Part shown: positions 24,580 to 35,474 of the stretch, piece by piece
Layout: the number at the start of each line of letters is the position of its first letter
Position numbering within the stretch: the first letter of the stretch is position 1
DNA from: Marsupella aquatica
Lineage: Eukaryota; Plantae; Marchantiophyta
Direction: 5' to 3'
DNA: 64,000 nt
Assembly (NCBI GenBank): GCA_973895155.1
Contig: OZ316891.1
Location: 9,363,875 to 9,427,874, forward strand
Notes under the pieces: generated by a model
What the model was told of the DNA's origin: nothing
Database searches by the model: none
Seen by the model: the letters and a program-made list of their open reading frames with translations, nothing else
Translations under genes and position numbers: made by a program

Positions 24580-26216
24580 GTGTAACTCCCTCTCATCAGA
24601 AAGTGAAGAAAACCTGATGGACGGCCAAGGGGAATATATTCTGAGTTTTCTTTGGAGGAGGGTTCAGGCTAGAACTTCATACCAGACCTCCTTCATAGTA
24701 CCTAATTTCTTCCCGAAAGAAGGTTACTTCCAGGCAACAGATTATGTGAATAGCAAGTGTGGCCCAAAATGTTTACATGTAGGTGCCTCCTCTCAAAATG
24801 TTTACATGTAGATAACCTGTTTTCCGGACAGAATTTACTTTCCCAGTCCTCCCTTCCAAGTGTCCCCTCTTGTATTTACATACCTGTTGGCTCCTCCCTT
24901 ACTTTTCCCCCTCCCGTCCATATGTATGTTCCTAGGTATTGTGACTTAGTTACCTAGCTTACGGCCATTTGACTACACGCACTACAAGTGACCGAAGTGG
25001 CAAAATGTTTGCATTAGCTCAGTGCGCACTTAGGTTGTTTTTTTCCCAAATCTTCACTCATCATGAATTTATTTTTTGTGAGTTTGTGCGAAAATATTTT
25101 TGAGCGAAACATCATAATATTTGACACTCCAACAATTTGCTCATATTGTCGTCAGAGGCTCTCTTAGGTAGAGGAAAATGTGACAAAATTTGCTAAATTA
25201 CATATTTTGTGGAAGCCCCTGGCACAAAAGATGTGATGGAAATTTAGTTTATCAATAAGCTTATTACACACTCAAGTTTTATTTCGGGAGTCCCTTCGTA
25301 CGTCTTGGTTCCAAATAAAATGTGACTTGTAAGGGCTAAGGAGGGACTTGTAAGGGCTAAGGAGGGTTAGGTACCCATCAGGTTTCCAAATGAAAATATG
25401 ACTTGTAAGGGTTAAGTAGGTTTACCCATCTTCTGTTTTGTTTGTCATAATTATGTGCTATTGAAATGTAAAGTCGAGATTTCAACTAAGTTGTTTGATT
25501 ATTCTTTTCTCTCTTTGTCATGTTATGCAGTCCTTCGCTTTCATACTTTCCTATTCACTTTTTAAAGATTCTTTCCTCCTTGTTAACTTAAAAAGTTTAG
25601 TCAGGGTTTCCAAGATGCAAAATAAAATCATGTTCGCCCTGAAATGGAAACAGGCAGGTGGGCAACATCTGAGTGGGACCCATGGGATAGTAATAAATGA
25701 GTTCCCAGCAACCTTCAACGTGAATAGGTTGGAGGTGCAAGTAGGTTATGCCATTTGAGACAACATTGTCACCTGAGTAGGTTCTGTGTGTGTGTGAGGG
25801 GGGCAGTAGATTACGACATTCAGGACAACACTGTCACCATGCGAAGCAAGCAACTGAAACTATATGGTCACAACCTACAAGTATTTTGAAGCTTGTGACC
25901 ATGCTATTCCTGGGTGGGGTCCAGATTTGGGGTTACAGTTGACCTCGTGCGACATTGGGGGCCACACTATCATCACAGTCATATAGCTTTGGTTGTGAGG
26001 AAATAACCAGGGAGATGACCAAACATATGTGGTCACATCAGGGATTCAGGCTGAACAATATGGTCCTGACAACATCGTGTACAAGACATTGTGGGGCCAT
26101 TTTTTATAATATGGTTTCAGACAATACGGTTTGGGGCCATTTTCAGGCCCCCTCACTTTGTTCAACTGAACTAAAGTTCAGCCAATAACTACAATATGTA
26201 GTTGCAAAGGAGCATG

Positions 26217-26606
26217 GCCAAGGGATGTATGTGGAACAAATCCCAAATCAACAATTACTGAGAATTACTGCCACTAGTGGAAATCCCTAATCTGCCACAC
26301 TCAAACGAAAAAAAGTGATTAATATACCAGGGTTTACACCTGCTGCCAAGGGGTGTATGTGGAACAAATCCCAAATCAACAATTACTGGCTAGAGCTCAA
26401 ACTAGTAGAAATTCCTAGTCTGCCACTCAAACTAAAAAAGTGATCAATATACCAGGGTTTACACCCGCTGCCAAGGGGTGTGTGTGGAACAAATCCCAAA
26501 TCAATAATTACTGAGAATTACTGGCTAGAGACCAAACCACTGGAAATTCCTAATCTGCCACTCAAACAAAAAAAATTGATTAATATACCAGGGTTTACAT
26601 CTGCTG
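26217..26606. repeat. Tandem repeat, ~125-135 bp x3
   Basis: Units start GCCAAGGGrTGT..GTGGAACAAATCCCAAATC (26217, 26345, 26470) and end ATATACCAGGGTTTACA. Confidence 0.9.
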
Positions 26607-27234
26607 GTACGTACTCTTGAAGCCATATGTAAGCTGAAGTACAGTGAGCCACAAAGCTATGGGCAATGCCTCCTACTGGCCTAAAATTTCGCAAGCCTTG
26701 CACTCCTTGACTCCAGCCATCCTGCCCTCCTCCAAGAAAGGAGCCATCGAGGTCAAGGCTGACCTTCACCCTTGATAGAAAATTCAATGAACCGGACTTT
26801 GCTCAACTATACTGTAATAAGGTACATCCAAAAGGTGCTGGGGAACAGGGCAACTAAGGTAGGAAAATATGGTTGATACTCTCCATTGGTAGGGGCTCTG
26901 TGGTTTGATATTGTCTGTTAATTCATTTATATTTGGCCCTTGTGTCACCAGTGTAGTGCATGACATATTTGACTGAGCCTATGCTTTTGAACAAAACATT
27001 GATGTGAAGTGATGGGAGTAGCCCCACACTCTTGCGTTGACACTCATGCATCCCAACCCATGTTTACAGATGCGTCAATTACTCATGTCCACAATTTGGA
27101 CATACTTTCAACAAATTCCAATATACAACTGGTAAGTTGTTTCAATGGAAGGCTATGATAGTTCATGGTTGTGATGGATGGAATATAATTGGTAAACCAC
27201 ATAATCTAGCATATGTTTTGAGGCTGCTATAATG

Positions 27235-27835
27235 GTGAATCCACCTTTCAGATTTTGTCTCATTCATATTTTGTGTCAAGTATTTTAATTTTAATGTGCC
27301 TTAACAAGGTAAATCATTTGTATTAATTTGATTTTGAATTAAGTTTAGGACCCCTCTTAATTTTAGTGAAGATAGAGTATTTTGAATGTATTTGGCTCCC
27401 CTCATCAAGGTTTAATCTTTCCTTTTCAATCACTCCTTAGTGAATTCTCTTTTTTCTCATGAGAGTGTAAGAAATGAATTTGATCAATGTGAACATCTGG
27501 TGTATTAAGTTCCCTTCATGGTTTACTTTGCAAAATTTATGGTTTTAATTGAGTTGAATGACATTACCTAGAAGCAAGTGAAAATCTGTACTGTATGTGC
27601 ACAACTCAACTCTTTAGTACCTTTGTACTTTCTTGGTCATAATGTGATTTTATGTGCATATATTTTACATGTCCCTATTTAAATGAATTACATAACTCAA
27701 CTCTTTAGTATCTTTGTACTTTCTTGGTCATAATGTGATTTTATGTGCACATATTTTACATGTCCCTATTTAAATGAATTACATATCACTAGAAGACAAA
27801 AAAAGAGACATGTTCCAGGATGAACATGCTATATT
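27235..27835. repeat. Dispersed AT-rich repeat, copy 2, with an internal ~90-bp tandem duplication (~27604-27784)
   Basis: Colinear with 10931-11500; AACTCAACTCTTTAGTA...AAATGAATTACATA occurs twice in tandem. Confidence 0.7.
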
Positions 27836-28303
27836 GCCAGAATGTGCTGGAGTTGTGACATTGACAATTGAGTAAACTTAATAATGCTCACAATCAGGGC
27901 ACAAAGTAATGAAACTCTAGAGAGGACCCCATAAATCTTTGATGTGTCTGACTTATATATATGGTGTGGTTTAGAAATGAATTGGAGGCTGTATAATGGA
28001 CATGCATGGACACACTATTACCCAGGAGTTGATACTCAACAGTGTACAACTCATCAATTCCTGACTTTATGCATTGCACATGTGCTTTGTATCTGCACAA
28101 TTTGATGTGTAGGTTGTTGACAATCCTACTTAAAAATAGGCAATTTATTGAGCCATTAGCCACAACCAGAATGTTTGGTTTTTTTTCATTCATAGAGTAA
28201 GCCCACTGTATGGATCTGGGTTTTTTCTGAAGAATTATACCTTACACTTGTAAAATCATTCAAACTCAAAAACACATCATGCAGTTACTAGGGCATCATT
28301 ATT

Positions 28304-28307
<4 letters not shown>

Positions 28308-28334
<27 letters not shown>
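28308..28334. repeat. (CA)13 microsatellite
   Basis: Read directly from the sequence. Confidence 0.9.
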
Positions 28335-28335
<1 letters not shown>

Positions 28336-29269
28336 TTTTTTTCATTGCACATCTGTACTGGATGTTAAATCCTGTGAGGATTGTCTTGCCAATCTATGTG
28401 GGAGCATCCCTTTTTTTTCCATTGCAATTCTGTACTGGATGTTATATGCAGATGATGGACATAATTAACATCAAATTTAAATGATAGAGCCTCGGGGGCC
28501 TCACTCTAAATTAAAGGGGGTCTCATAACCCGCTTGACATTTTAGCTATTAAACACCCTAAAAAATAAGAATTTACTATTTTTCTACTATTTTTCTACCC
28601 TTATATTTTTGTAATATTCTAAAAATATTCCCAAAATTCATTTATAAAACCCTATCTTCTCTTATAATTCTCAAAATTGGATTTTAAAAACCCTAATGTT
28701 CTTCTACTGAAATTTAAAACTATTCTTCTCAACTCAATAACAAACCCTATCCTTACTTTCACGTGATGGGTAGAAAAAGGAAATAAGTGAGGACCCCGGG
28801 GATAGAGTTTCTATTGTTAGTAGCCAGCACAATGCATTCAACTCATGGAAGACAACCATCTGGATTTGTTTCTGGTATTAGTGTCACCCCTGTTTCAGAG
28901 ATGGATGACATCCAAAACATACAAGTGACAGGAGCAATGGCGCAATTCCACCACATACAACAAGAACCAGCCCAGATTTGCAACATATCTCTTGAGTATC
29001 TCTCCAGGTTTGTTTAGAATATGAGTAGCCGTCGTTCCCTCATCATTGAATGGGGGAAAATGTTTCAACGCAAAACTAATAGGATTTGTAAAGACAGCCA
29101 TCTTTCTTTTATAGTGGAAAATGTTTGCTAGATTCCCCTAAAACTTCACCACTTTTGTGAACATTTGCTAGGTTTTTGCCTTCCTTTGGCGACTTTCACA
29201 CCTAGCCACAGAACCCATTTGCCAGAATATGACAATCATCCTTAAATAAAGGGACTTTGCCTTACTGGA

Positions 29270-29660
29270 AAAAACAACACTAAATGTTCTGCTACATACA
29301 ACCCATCCTAAACCACCAAAGAAAAAACCTTAAAGTTAAGCTACACACATAATCCAAACCATTGAAGAAAAAACCTTAAAAATTCTGTCACAGACAGCCC
29401 ATTCTAAACCACCAAAGGAAAAACCTTAAAACTAAGCTTCACACAGCCAACCCAAACCATTGAAGAAAAACTCTTAAAACAACTGTTACAGACAGCCCAT
29501 CCAAAACCACTGTAGGGAAAACCTTAAAAATTATTGTGTAGACAGACCATCCAAAACAACCAAACAAAAGTCCTTAAAGAATATGATATTGACAGCGCAT
29601 CAAAAACCACAGAGAAAGAACTCTTAAAGCTACAAATTCATCAAAGAAGAAACCTTAGAA
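29270..29660. repeat. Degenerate tandem repeat, ~48-52 bp x7
   Basis: Recurring CCATCC.AAACCAy..AAGAAAAAACCTTAAA units. Confidence 0.75.
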
Positions 29661-30377
29661 ATTAGGTGTAAGGTAAATAATCCATCGCCTCAAGGAAGTC
29701 ATGGGATGTAAACCCAGAGGGGGTATAGTGATGGTCATTGATTAATGAGTATAACTTCTCATTAAAATTTCTCCATTTTCTATCTAAAAACTGCACTTGA
29801 AATTGGATTATTCTCCAGGCTCGCTAGCAAGGGGGGGAAATGTCATAACCCTAAGGCCAGGTTGGAGGGGTGTTATGTCTCATAACTATCCATAGAAAGA
29901 AAAATAGAAAACTATACAAGGGGTTTATGCATATATTAATCTCCCAAATACAGGGCATTGTGGGAATCAATGCCCCAAACAACCAAAGCTCTACTGTAGC
30001 TTGAGTTTTGAGAGGCTTATTGTCCATAATGTTCTCGTAAAGGGACCTTAATATACTTAAAGGTGTAAGGTAGTTTTAAAAATATAAGCTGATTCAAATC
30101 TTGAATGATTGTGCATTTTTCTCCAATAGTGCCCTGAGAAATACAAAGAAAGAAACCATGAAAGGCATTAAGCTACAATTAGGACATCCAAAGATAATGC
30201 CCTGAGAAATACAAAGAGAAAAATCATGAAGAGCATGAAGCTATAGACAGCACATCCAAAAAGATAATGCCCCAAGAAAAATCATGATAATGTCCTGTTT
30301 ACAAGGCAGTGAGGCATATAAATGGTCCCCAAATGAGAGGTTCAACTCAGTTTTAATTGGCTATTATTATTTTATTA

Positions 30378-31150
30378 TTTTGGTTTTTTTTGGAACAAAC
30401 TGAATCTTTATTCGGGAAAACCCGGTCAAAAAGAGTACATCTGCCTAGAAGGAGGAGGCAGTGAATGGGACTCACCCAAAAAAACAATTAACGGGGCCTA
30501 AGAGAGGGAGCACACCCATAGAAAATAAGGGGGGGACCTCCCAACCGGACTGCCATGAAGGAGGGGCAAGTCAAAGGTGGCAAGGACAGTCCCCAAATGG
30601 ACAGAAGGAAAACAAACAAAACCTGCATGAACCAGAGCCAACAAACAAGACCGGAGTCCGCCAAAAGTCATGTTGGGCAACTGCCAATCACCTTCTCCAC
30701 TGGTTGACCACCCAAAATCAATCCTCAGCCATTGTCCATGAACCACCTTCCTTGTCGTGTCTTATCTTCACCTTGATCTCCAATGTATTTGTTTGTATGG
30801 TCAGGGCTCAACATCTACAAGATCAGACTTGAGAACCATCAATCAGCCACCATCCTGAATTGGAGCCTGGGAGTAAGAGCAAATGATCTCACTCCTAGCC
30901 ATTTGATCTCAGCACCGCATCCTCCTGCCAACAGACATCCTGCTGAGCATGGTTCCACTGATGACTGGAATGCCATGAGATCCGTGGAATATAATTGTTT
31001 CAATCCCCAGACTCGTCGCCCTAGATACCAATGAGAATGGAAAGCATGGACACTGGACAAGTATATGATTGGGCTGCTGGGGGGCCCTGCGGAGGGTGTG
31101 CCAAGCCTGTGGAGAAGGTAAAGGCTAGCCATCCAGCAGAGTATCTAGGC
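30378..31150 (-). mobile_element. LINE 3'-end remnant
   Basis: Minus strand has a frameshifted VWGL(R)NNYIF-like motif (~30985-31015; W-x-x-R-N-x-x-I-F is typical of plant LINE ORF2 C-termini), then AATAAA (plus TTTATT ~30407) and an A-rich tail (plus T-run 30378-30391). Confidence 0.4.
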
Positions 31151-32407
31151 AAATGACCGATCTAAGAGTGCTGCCAAAAGAACAAGACAGAGAGATGATT
31201 ATTCCCCCAAAGTCCATAATCCCCAAAAAACTATATATATATTTATTTATTTATATTTATTTATTTATGTATCCCATGAGACCAAGAGAGTGTCCATAGG
31301 AACCAAATCTACTTTAATATCACCGGCAATGACTATAGTTATCACCAAAAATATTTGATAGCTAAGAATCTATCCAACCGAGCTGCCATCGTGGTGAAAA
31401 TCTTCAGATCGAGTATATAAATCATCCATAGCAAGGAATAAGACGATTAGAAAATGCCTGAAGGCCCGAGAGGAAGATCAAACAAACATGAACCCCAGAA
31501 GTCCACGAAGGAGCCAAAATCCGGGTCCAAGGAAGTATCCAGCACCAGACAAACTCCTCCCCATAGGGAAGGCACACTGAACCAAAGAACAAAGTGATGT
31601 ATGGGGCCATCCCCCCAAGCAGAGCATGATGTTGGATAGCAGCAAAAGAAAAGCAACCAATCACAAAACTATCAGTTTGCTAAGTGATGACGAGACAAAA
31701 GGAGTATGTGATAAGTGAGAGGGAATCTAGTGAACTATACAGTATGAATAGGGGGCAAGAAGGTTTTGTTAGACTAACAACAAGGGAAGGTTGAAAAATG
31801 AACGAAGAAGAGACCAGTGGCTGGTCAGAGACAATAATACTCTGGAAACAGGATATATATACACTTAGAGGCTTGAGAGATATACAGTACAAGCCTGAGA
31901 GATTTTTATTTGTACTTATTTAGTTTAGTAGAAGTAGAGGAGACTCTTGCTGGAGAGGTAATCCAAATCTTGATAGGGCATTCTCCTTCAAGACTGGAGT
32001 CCCATGCTTCACATCAAATGTGATGATGTGCAGTGTCATAATATGTAATGTTCAATCAAGAGCATTCTCCTCCAAGAATGGCATCCCTGTAACTGCACAT
32101 CAAAATATGATAATATGCCGGTGTGATAATACATGGTGCACAATCAAGAGCATTATGCTCCAAAATGGCATCCCTCTAATTGGACATCAAAATATGGTAA
32201 TATAGTGTGTACAATCAATGAGATTTAAACAGAATAATTACACTAGGTTTGTGATGCTATGGAGTGACATGGTAAAGTTAACTTTAGTTTGATGTAATAT
32301 GAAATGACATGGTAAACCATAAGTGTGATATTTGGATGTGCAATTACTAGACTCCCAAGAATGTACCCCAAAACACAAAAGGAAAAGAATGCACTGAAAA
32401 ACATGAC

Positions 32408-32904
32408 AGCTTTTTGTTAACCTGTCCCCCAAACTACTCGATATGATTAAAGTGCCCACCCAAGCAAAATTAATTATTAACCCGTCCCCCATTTTGTATT
32501 GAGGTCAGTATTAACTCATATATGAGTTTCCTTGCCATGTGACAATTCACTATTGGCTAGCCTTAACAAGCCACCACCACCCTCGCCCCCCCTTCCCCAT
32601 TGCAAGGCACAATTGTAGGTCCAGGAGGGGCAAAAATATGTTATTTTTTGCTCCATGCTCCCCTCACAAAACCCCACACTTTTGGCCCTCATTTTTACTC
32701 AGGAAAATAATAGCTGGGAAGGGGGGACAACGGGGTGACAGCGGATTATGGCTAGCCAATACTAACATGCTACGTGGCAACTGGAACCCGTATACGAGTT
32801 AATACTGACTCAAATAAAAAATTAAAAGTGGATTGATAATTAATTTTGTTTGGGGGAGCATGTTAGTAATATGAGTACTTTGGTGAACAGGTTAGTAAAA
32901 TGCT
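32408..32904. mobile_element. Fold-back / MITE-like element with ~150-bp imperfect terminal inverted repeats
   Basis: Left arm TAACCTGTCCCCCAAACTACTC...CAAAATTAATTAT...GTCAGTATTAACTCATATATGAG...TATTGGCTAGCC pairs with right arm GGCTAGCCAATA...CCCGTATACGAGTTAATACTGAC...ATAATTAATTTTG...GAGTACTTTGGTGAACAGGTTA. No clear TSD. Confidence 0.7.
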
Positions 32905-33116
32905 TAAAAGCATGAAGCCTACAATATTAAGCTACAAAAGGTCCTAGTTTTGGGGTCAGCTGTAATTCTTTGTTTCTTTGCTTCTTGGCCTCTCTTGGCC
33001 CTTTGGTTGTCCCCCCTTATTGGGTCTTTTGCCTAGGATCATGGTTGGGCGCCCTTTGTTTTAGGCAGTTAAAAAATATTATAAAGGGCACAAATATTAT
33101 AGAGGGCACACTCATG

Positions 33117-33394
33117 ACCCTGCATCAAATCTACACCGCATTAATGTGCTCCAACTATAGCGGCACCCCGTACGCTGCCTATCACGACATCCAATGCGGC
33201 CTGCCCGTTCCCCCGACCAGACGTCGGTTTATGTTCTACCATTTCTTCTTTGACTGCCTCAATTGCGTTTCCGTCCATCATCCGTCCATTTTGAATTCGG
33301 GCGGGAGCGCGAACCGAGTCCACGATCTTGCCAACACTACCCTCCCCTACCCCGTCTTGACAGTCAAGTGTTGTCGAGAGCACAGAAGTGCTTG
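33117..33394 (+). repeat. MULE left terminal inverted repeat (~280 bp)
   Basis: Reverse complement of ~47332-47648 with scattered substitutions (e.g. AAATCTACACCGCATTAATG / CATTAATGCGGTGTAGATTT; GACAGTCAAGTGTTGTCGAGAGCAC / GTGCTCTCGACAACACTTGACTGTC). Confidence 0.92.
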
Positions 33395-35474
33395 ACATGG
33401 CATGCAATGGTGAGACATTGTAGGGTGGTCCGCTTTGTTTCGTCGTCATAAATAGTCAATGTTCTGTTGCTGATCGTGCCTTGCTGAACCTGTGATGCTG
33501 TGCGTTTTGATGAGTATAATCATCAATGTTTTGCCGCTGATCGATTGTGCGTTCTTCAACCTGTTTCTATGGTGGGCAGAATACAACTTTGAGGTAATTG
33601 TGCGGTTCATTGCTAGTAACTTGAGGCGCTCTGTACTGTACAAGCAACTTTTGGATGTCTCCCACCTTGCAATCAGTCGCGGAACTCGACTACCTTAACA
33701 CTTAGCTCCGGCACCGCTGACTCCGACGCCGAGCTCCCTTATGGTCCAGGCCTGAATAGGCCATCCGAGGAGGACTTAGCATGGGGAGACTTGTGGGCAA
33801 TGAGACGTGGCAAGGGGCCAAGCTGGGGACACATAATAAGGACTTGGACTAGCCTATGGCTGGTCGGGTCAAGGGGAAATGGGTCGGGCTCAAGGATGAC
33901 CGTCCGGACCGTCAGATGGACTTTGAGTTCTGAGGGCTTGGGACTGAGCTCCTCTTGGGCCCAAGGCCAATGGAGTTGACGCCATTGGCAATGGACGCTC
34001 GGGGCGCAAGTTGTGGCCCGATCCGGGTTGGGCCAATCGGGGGCCCCGAGCGGCGATCAGACGGTCTGAGGGCCTAGGCATGAGCACTGGGTCGGCCCGG
34101 TCACAACGGACTAAGGCACTTTGCTTGCGGATGCCTATCAGGAAAGTTATGGGCGTTGCCAGTTGGTGGCCGCCCATTATGCACAATGGGATCCGGGTTG
34201 GGGGCCAAATGTTTAGGGACCAAAGCTGGTCCAGGGGTGGCAGGTCTCCAGAAGCATATATGAGGGGAGTGGTGTCTCCCTGGGGGCTAAGGCCGAACCA
34301 AAGTCGTGAGCCGCGGCGGTCGCGACACTAAGGGAAACCGCCAAACAAAAATGGTGATATCTTCCCAACGGGAAGTCCGTTGGAGGACTTCTTGGGTACG
34401 TTGGAAAGCTCTTGAGCAGGGCTACGCCCTTGTGAGCTCAGATGGGTCCAGGGGTGCCATGGGTTCTTGTGGTTTGCGGGTGTTAGCTCGTCCGCTTGCC
34501 AAATCCTGCCGAACAGCAACCAAGCCGCGTTCAGCCTCCCAAGGGAACTTGCGTTGGGGAGACAAGGCCAAGTAGGTATGGAGGCTGAGTCCCAAGGGCG
34601 CTCGGTCTCTAGACCATCAGTGGGGCAAACCGGGAGCGGTTGTTAGAGTTGGGGCCATTCTGGTCCCAACGTGTTGAGACAAGCTTGGGACAAACTTTAG
34701 GACAAGCTATGCTATTTGGGCCATGAGCATGTCCTAGGGTCAGGGCGGTCAGTTGGTGATAGATAGGTACGAGGGGGAACCCGGGCCGCACCCAAGGAAG
34801 GAGTTGTTCTGGATGAATAGTGGGCGTGGGTTATGGTTTTGGCTTATGGCGTCAGGAGGACCTATCACTGACCTATTTACCAACGTCTGTTGAGCTTGAG
34901 TTAGGATGCTAGACTGGGCGAGTTCTAGATCCGGAGGGGTTACTCACCGAGGTGCTTGGTTGTTTGTGCAGACAGTGAGGACCGTTGAGTGGCGGTCGTG
35001 TAGGTGAGCAAGTGCGGTTTTGTATGAGAGTGGCTGCAGGTGGTGCTAGAGGCACTTGGATGCTTGCTCGAGGTATTCCGTGGAGGCGTTTGGGCACCAA
35101 GGGCACTTAGGCGCAAGTGCTAGGATTGGTGAGGGCGCTGGGTGGCGAGGTCCACCACTCAATCTACATCTTCATTGTGGGGGGTTTTGGGCTTTACAAA
35201 CGGTGTTGCGTTTTTTCCTCATTTGCAAATAGTGTGTCATTGTTTAGGTTCTATCACGTTTTTCCTTCATTTGGTTTCGAAACTCAAGCTTGACAACTGA
35301 CTCGGACATCCTGCTCAAGTAAGCAATCTCATTCAGTTTATCGCTATTGCATGTCATACGAGTACTTTGTCTCTAGTGTTACCAAATCGATTGTTTCAAT
35401 GTTGCTCCTAACCCTTATTTCAGATTGACAGTTTATGTTCTACTCATTGCTGCAAATGTACTGTCATGTAGGGA

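Noticed and set aside
32970-33451. ORFs in the left TIR with look-alikes at 47262-47617
   Set aside because: They are translations of the two TIRs, not duplicated genes.
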